From: Acidobacteriota bacterium
GTDB taxonomy: Bacteria; Acidobacteriota; Polarisedimenticolia; Polarisedimenticolales; DASRJG01
Direction of reading: 5' to 3'
NCBI GenBank assembly: GCA_041500265.1
Contig: JBGQLU010000001.1
Coordinates: forward strand, 5,189-69,188
DNA length: 64,000 bases
Part shown: in pieces, positions 61,326-64,000 of the stretch
How positions within the stretch are numbered: position 1 is the first letter of the stretch
Layout of the letters: every line of letters starts with the position of its first letter
Translations under genes and position numbers: made by a program
The notes under the pieces: generated by a model
Databases searched by the model: none
Told to the model about the DNA's origin: nothing
What the model saw: the letters and a program-made list of their open reading frames with translations, nothing else

Positions 61326-63343
61326 GCGGAGGCGAGGGCGCCGCCCTGGTCGGCGTCGCCGTTCCCGTTCCGCTGCGCCGCACCTTCACGTATCGCGTTC
61401 CCCCGGGCCGGTCCCTCGGGCTCGCCCTCGGGGGACGGGTGCGCGTGCCCCTGGGGCGTCGCACCGTGAAGGGGACGATCGTGGAGCTCCCCGCCGGCGA
61501 GCCCCCCGCCGACGTGGTCGTCAAGGAGCTCATCGAGCCGCTTCCGGGCTCACCCGCGCTCGACGCCTCGCTCCTCGAGCTCACGCGATTCGTCGCCGAT
61601 TACTACCTGTGCTCCTGGGGGGAGGCGATCGAGGCGGCCCTTCCTCCCGATCCTCCGCCGAGCAAGCGCGCGCCCCGCGGGCGGGCTCCGGAGCCGGCCG
61701 AGCCGCCGCCGGCGCCCGCGCCGGTCGTGCCGACGCCGGCGCAGCGCCTGGCGCTCGAGGCGCTCGAGCCGGCGATCGCCGCCCGCGCCTACGCCCCGTT
61801 CCTTCTCTGGGGGGCGACCGGCTCCGGCAAGACGGAGGTCTACCTCCGCGCGGCGGAGCGCGCGCTCGCGGAGGGGCGCGGCGTTCTCTACCTTGTCCCG
61901 GAGATCGGGCTCACTCCGCTCCTGGTCGCGCGGATCGCGTCACGCTTCCCGGGCCAGGTCGCCGTGCTCCACTCCGGCCTCTCGCCGAGGCAGCGTCGCG
62001 CGGAGTGGGAAGCGGTGCGCTCGGGGTCGAAGCGCTTCGTCGTCGGCGCGCGGTCGGCGGTCTTCGCGCCGCTTCCCGACCCCGGGCTGATCGTCGTCGA
62101 CGAAGAGCACGACGCGTCGTACAAGCAGGAGGACGCTCCGCGGTACCACGGACGCGACGTCGCGATCGTGCGCGCACGGCTGTGCGGCGCGCCGATCGTG
62201 CTCGGCTCGGCGACGCCCTCGCTCGAGTCGTTCCAGCACGCGCGCTCGAAGCGGTACGCGCTCCTGACCTTGGGCGGCCGTGTCGAGGATCGCCCGCTCC
62301 CCTCGGTGCTTCTCGTCGACATGCGGGAGGAGTTCCGCGCGGCGCAGACGACGGCCCCGCTGTCCCGGGCCCTGGCCGCGGCTCTTAGCGAAACCATCGA
62401 GCGTGGGGAGCAGGCCCTCATCCTCAGGAACCGGCGGGGATGGGCGGCGGCGCTCCTGTGTCCCGCGTGCGGCCAGCGGGTCAACTGCCGCCGCTGCAGC
62501 CTCTCGCTGACGTGGCACAAGAAGGACGGCCGCTTGCGCTGTCACGGCTGCGGGTTCGAGACGGCCCGGCCCGAGGTCTGTCCGGCGTGCGGGACCGACG
62601 ACCTCCGCGACCTCGGCGTCGGGACCGAGCGGGTCGAGGAGGAGATCGCGGCGCTGGTCCCGGGGGCGCGCGTCGCCCGCATGGACCGGGACACCGTGCG
62701 GGGCCGGGGCGCGCACGAGCGCATCCTAAAGAGCTTCGAGCAGGGGGCGATCGACATCCTGGTGGGCACGCAGATGATCGCGAAGGGGCACGACTTCCCC
62801 AACGTGACACTCGTCGGCGTCCTCTCCGCCGACCAGACGCTCGGGCTCCCCGACTTCCGCGCGGGGGAGCGCGCCTTCCAGCTCTTGACCCAGGTCGCCG
62901 GGCGCGCCGGGCGCGGCACGCGCCCGGGGAGGGTGATCGCCCAGGCCTTCGATCCGGACCACCCGGTGCTCAAGGCGGCGGCGGCGCAGGACTATCTGGC
63001 CTTCTTCGAGCGCGAGCTTCCGTACCGGCGGGCGCTCCGTTACCCGCCCCTCGCGGCGCTCGTCCAGATCCTCATCGTGGATCCTCGCGAGGGGGTCGCG
63101 TGGCGGACGGCGAACGAGGTCGCCCTCGCCGTGTCCGCCTGTAGCGACGGGAGGATCGCGATCGCCGGTCCCGGGCCGGCGCCGATCGAGCGCCTCCGTG
63201 GGAATTACCGCATGCAGATCCTCGTCCGCTCGGCCGGCCGCCGCCGGCTCGTCGAGACGGTCTCGCGCGCGCTCTCCGGGTTCGAGGGGAAGGCGATCCG
63301 CCGTTCGATCCACGTGGACGTGGATCCGGTGAGCCTGCTCTAG
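61322..63343 (+). CDS. priA: primosomal replication-restart helicase PriA
   Basis: Starts at a GTG at 61322, forming a GTGA overlap, in frame with ORF 60698..63343. Walker A is GATGSGKT, followed by VVDEEHD, and the Cys-rich zinc region is CPACGQRVNCRRCSLSLTWHK...CHGCG...CPACG. Confidence 0.9.
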   Translation: MSGGEGAALVGVAVPVPLRRTFTYRVPPGRSLGLALGGRVRVPLGRRTVKGTIVELPAGEPPADVVVKELIEPLPGSPALDASLLELTRFVADYYLCSWGEAIEAALPPDPPPSKRAPRGRAPEPAEPPPAPAPVVPTPAQRLALEALEPAIAARAYAPFLLWGATGSGKTEVYLRAAERALAEGRGVLYLVPEIGLTPLLVARIASRFPGQVAVLHSGLSPRQRRAEWEAVRSGSKRFVVGARSAVFAPLPDPGLIVVDEEHDASYKQEDAPRYHGRDVAIVRARLCGAPIVLGSATPSLESFQHARSKRYALLTLGGRVEDRPLPSVLLVDMREEFRAAQTTAPLSRALAAALSETIERGEQALILRNRRGWAAALLCPACGQRVNCRRCSLSLTWHKKDGRLRCHGCGFETARPEVCPACGTDDLRDLGVGTERVEEEIAALVPGARVARMDRDTVRGRGAHERILKSFEQGAIDILVGTQMIAKGHDFPNVTLVGVLSADQTLGLPDFRAGERAFQLLTQVAGRAGRGTRPGRVIAQAFDPDHPVLKAAAAQDYLAFFERELPYRRALRYPPLAALVQILIVDPREGVAWRTANEVALAVSACSDGRIAIAGPGPAPIERLRGNYRMQILVRSAGRRRLVETVSRALSGFEGKAIRRSIHVDVDPVSLL

Positions 63344-63345
63344 GC

Positions 63346-64000
63346 ATGACCCGGAGCGCCGTCGTCCCCTCGATCCTGGAGGCGACGCCCGAGGCGGCGG
63401 CGGAAGCGCTCGCCGGCGCGCCCCGCGAGGCCGCTCTCGTCGAGCTCCGCGCCGACCGGCTCGGCGCCGCCGACGTGGGCGCCCTCGTCGCGCGAATCGG
63501 GCGCGCGACGATCGTGACCGTGAGGGAGGCCGCGGACGGCGGATCGTTCACGGGGAGCGCCGCGGACAAGCGCGCGATCCTCGAAGCGGCCCTCGCGGCC
63601 GGAGCGGCCTACGTCGACGTGGAGCACGGCGGGTCGTGCGCGGCGATGGCCGAAGGGCCCGCGTCGGCGCGGGTGATCCTCTCGCACCACGGAGCGGCGT
63701 GCGAGGGCGCGACGTTGACGGCGCTGTTCGACGCCATGGCCTCCTCCCGGGCCGCCCGGCTCAAGATCGTTCCCCGGGCCGATCGGGCCGGGGAGATCGG
63801 GGCGATCCGGGAGCTGCTCCTTCGCGCGGCTCGCGCGGCTCGGCCGCTCACGGCCTTCGCCTCGGGCCCGGCGGGAACGCCGACCCGCGTGTTCGCGCCC
63901 TCCTGGGGCTCCTGGGGAACGTACGCGGCCGTGGAACCGGGGCGGGAGACGGCGGAAGGCCAGCTCTCCGCGCGCGCTCTCATCGATCGGTTCCGCGTCG
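63346..64000 (+). CDS. aroD: 3-dehydroquinate dehydratase type I, N-terminal ~218 aa; runs off the right window edge
   Basis: This ORF is not in the track because it is open at the edge. From the ATG at 63346 it reads MTRSAVVPSILEATPEAA...LVELRADRL...IVTVREAADGG...ILSHH...ARLKIVPRA, a type I dehydroquinase pattern with the Schiff-base Lys context. Confidence 0.75.
   Translation, partial: MTRSAVVPSILEATPEAAAEALAGAPREAALVELRADRLGAADVGALVARIGRATIVTVREAADGGSFTGSAADKRAILEAALAAGAAYVDVEHGGSCAAMAEGPASARVILSHHGAACEGATLTALFDAMASSRAARLKIVPRADRAGEIGAIRELLLRAARAARPLTAFASGPAGTPTRVFAPSWGSWGTYAAVEPGRETAEGQLSARALIDRFRV

Noticed and set aside
19382-63343. Long N-terminal extensions of track ORFs 19382..21448, 20986..22752, 21438..23699, 26514..28205, 29209..30564, 31972..33378, 33174..34652, 47304..49427, 55855..57681, 57566..58603, 59341..60663 and 60698..63343
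   Set aside because: The extensions run through the preceding gene in another frame and are Arg-rich. Internal ATG or GTG starts that overlap or abut the upstream stop give N-termini matching the expected family starts, for example MNITVVGTGYVG for Ugd and MQVALGVSGGIAAYK for CoaBC.
1-64000. Genomic island or mobile element status for the polysaccharide locus or the Kelch pair
   Set aside because: - I recognised no integrase, transposase, tRNA gene, direct-repeat boundary or phage gene.
- GC content and codon bias look uniform by eye across the window.

Overview
This is a 64 kb segment from a high-GC bacterium (roughly 70% GC by eye) with an outer membrane, and it is almost entirely devoted to cell-envelope biogenesis. 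I call about 50 protein-coding genes. I found no rRNA, tRNA, CRISPR array, transposase or integrase.

Layout, left to right:
- **1-638:** a truncated thiolase gene.
- **737-4576:** a 1031-aa secreted outer-membrane protein with an unusual domain mosaic, followed by a methyltransferase.
- **4587-13009, minus strand:** two tandem paralogous secreted giants of about 1400 aa. Each has 14 Kelch-type blades, MopE-like Cys modules, thrombospondin type-3 (TSP3)-like Ca-binding repeats, and N- and C-terminal modules I cannot assign.
- **13110-19037:** LPS and lipid housekeeping genes: plsC-gmhA-hldE on the minus strand and mlaE-mlaF-mlaD on the plus strand.
- **19116-55742:** a surface-polysaccharide locus of about 37 kb.
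  - Nucleotide-sugar genes: two sugar dehydrogenases, two 4-epimerase-type short-chain dehydrogenases/reductases (SDRs), a mannose-1-phosphate guanylyltransferase, WecB and UDP-xylose synthase.
  - Assembly genes: a WecA-type initiating transferase, three GT4 and one GT2 glycosyltransferases, a Wzx flippase, a Wzy-like polymerase, an O-antigen-ligase-like protein, and a Wza-like/Wzc-like export pair.
  - Tailoring genes, unusually many: a carbamoyltransferase with SxtJ-like and DUF5989-like partners, methyltransferase, SGNH hydrolase, a FemAB-like/GNAT fusion, deacetylase, AsnB-type amidotransferase and a PF14907-like nucleotidyltransferase.
- **55838-64000:** housekeeping genes: DUF374-lpxB, yicC, gmk, rpoZ, coaBC, a family-4 uracil-DNA glycosylase, priA and a partial aroD.

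Genes are tightly packed, with many 1-4 nt start/stop overlaps. Most long ORFs in the supplied track that lie antisense or out of frame to these genes are Arg/Gly/Pro-rich shadow ORFs typical of high-GC DNA, and I rejected them.

The most interesting items:
- The tandem Kelch/TSP3 giants, which share an apparent gene-conversion tract.
- The chimeric 1031-aa outer-membrane protein.
- The FemAB-GNAT, deacetylase and amidotransferase tailoring set.
- The carbamoyltransferase triad, which includes an unlisted 52-codon ORF.

All family assignments come from reading motifs by eye and from memory. No searches were run.
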